A stretch of 64,000 bases of DNA, from contig NC_045696.1 of NCBI RefSeq assembly GCF_009834535.1, forward strand, positions 96,784,001 to 96,848,000, written 5' to 3'. Positions within the stretch are counted from its first letter, which is position 1. The number at the start of each line of letters is the position of its first letter. The position numbers were made by a program, and so were the translations under genes. Positions 63,936 through 64,000 of the stretch are shown piece after piece. Source of the DNA: Camelus ferus. Lineage: Eukaryota. The notes beneath the pieces are model-generated. The model did not search any database. It was not told the DNA's origin and was given only the letters and a program-made list of their open reading frames with translations.

Positions 63936-64000
63936 AAAGTGCAATGATAATGGTATTAATATCAGAACCACGTCTCATAGTTATTGGCCACATACTATAA

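Noticed and set aside
1..64000. CRISPR arrays, operons, rRNA/tRNA genes or a novel multi-gene system
   Set aside because: Eukaryotic intergenic DNA. No repeat-spacer array or structural RNA gene was seen, and the only tRNA-like sequence is a SINE B-box fragment.

Overview
Mammalian genomic DNA, probably a camelid (inferred from a Vic-1-like SINE fragment and the lineage-specific L1 3' ends). The only intact gene is SERP1/RAMP4 (+ strand, three coding exons at 246-329, 588-663 and 1865-1905, 66 aa). It sits in a CpG island and has proximal and distal polyA signals. The remaining ~60 kb is intergenic and repeat-rich: several L1 insertions with readable TSDs, L2, MIR, DNA transposons, solo LTRs and a heavily deleted ERV1 provirus. 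Hidden among these is an old, fragmented EIF1AX-like processed pseudogene (- strand, ~16770-19790) interrupted by two L1 insertions. The best leads are a composite UPRE/ERSE-like element in SERP1 intron 2, a stop-free in-frame SERP1 intron 1, the EIF1AX retrocopy, and the palindromic motif and microhomology deletion in the ERV. I found no convincing novel multi-gene system. Repeat family names come from recalled consensus sequences and need confirmation with RepeatMasker/Dfam.
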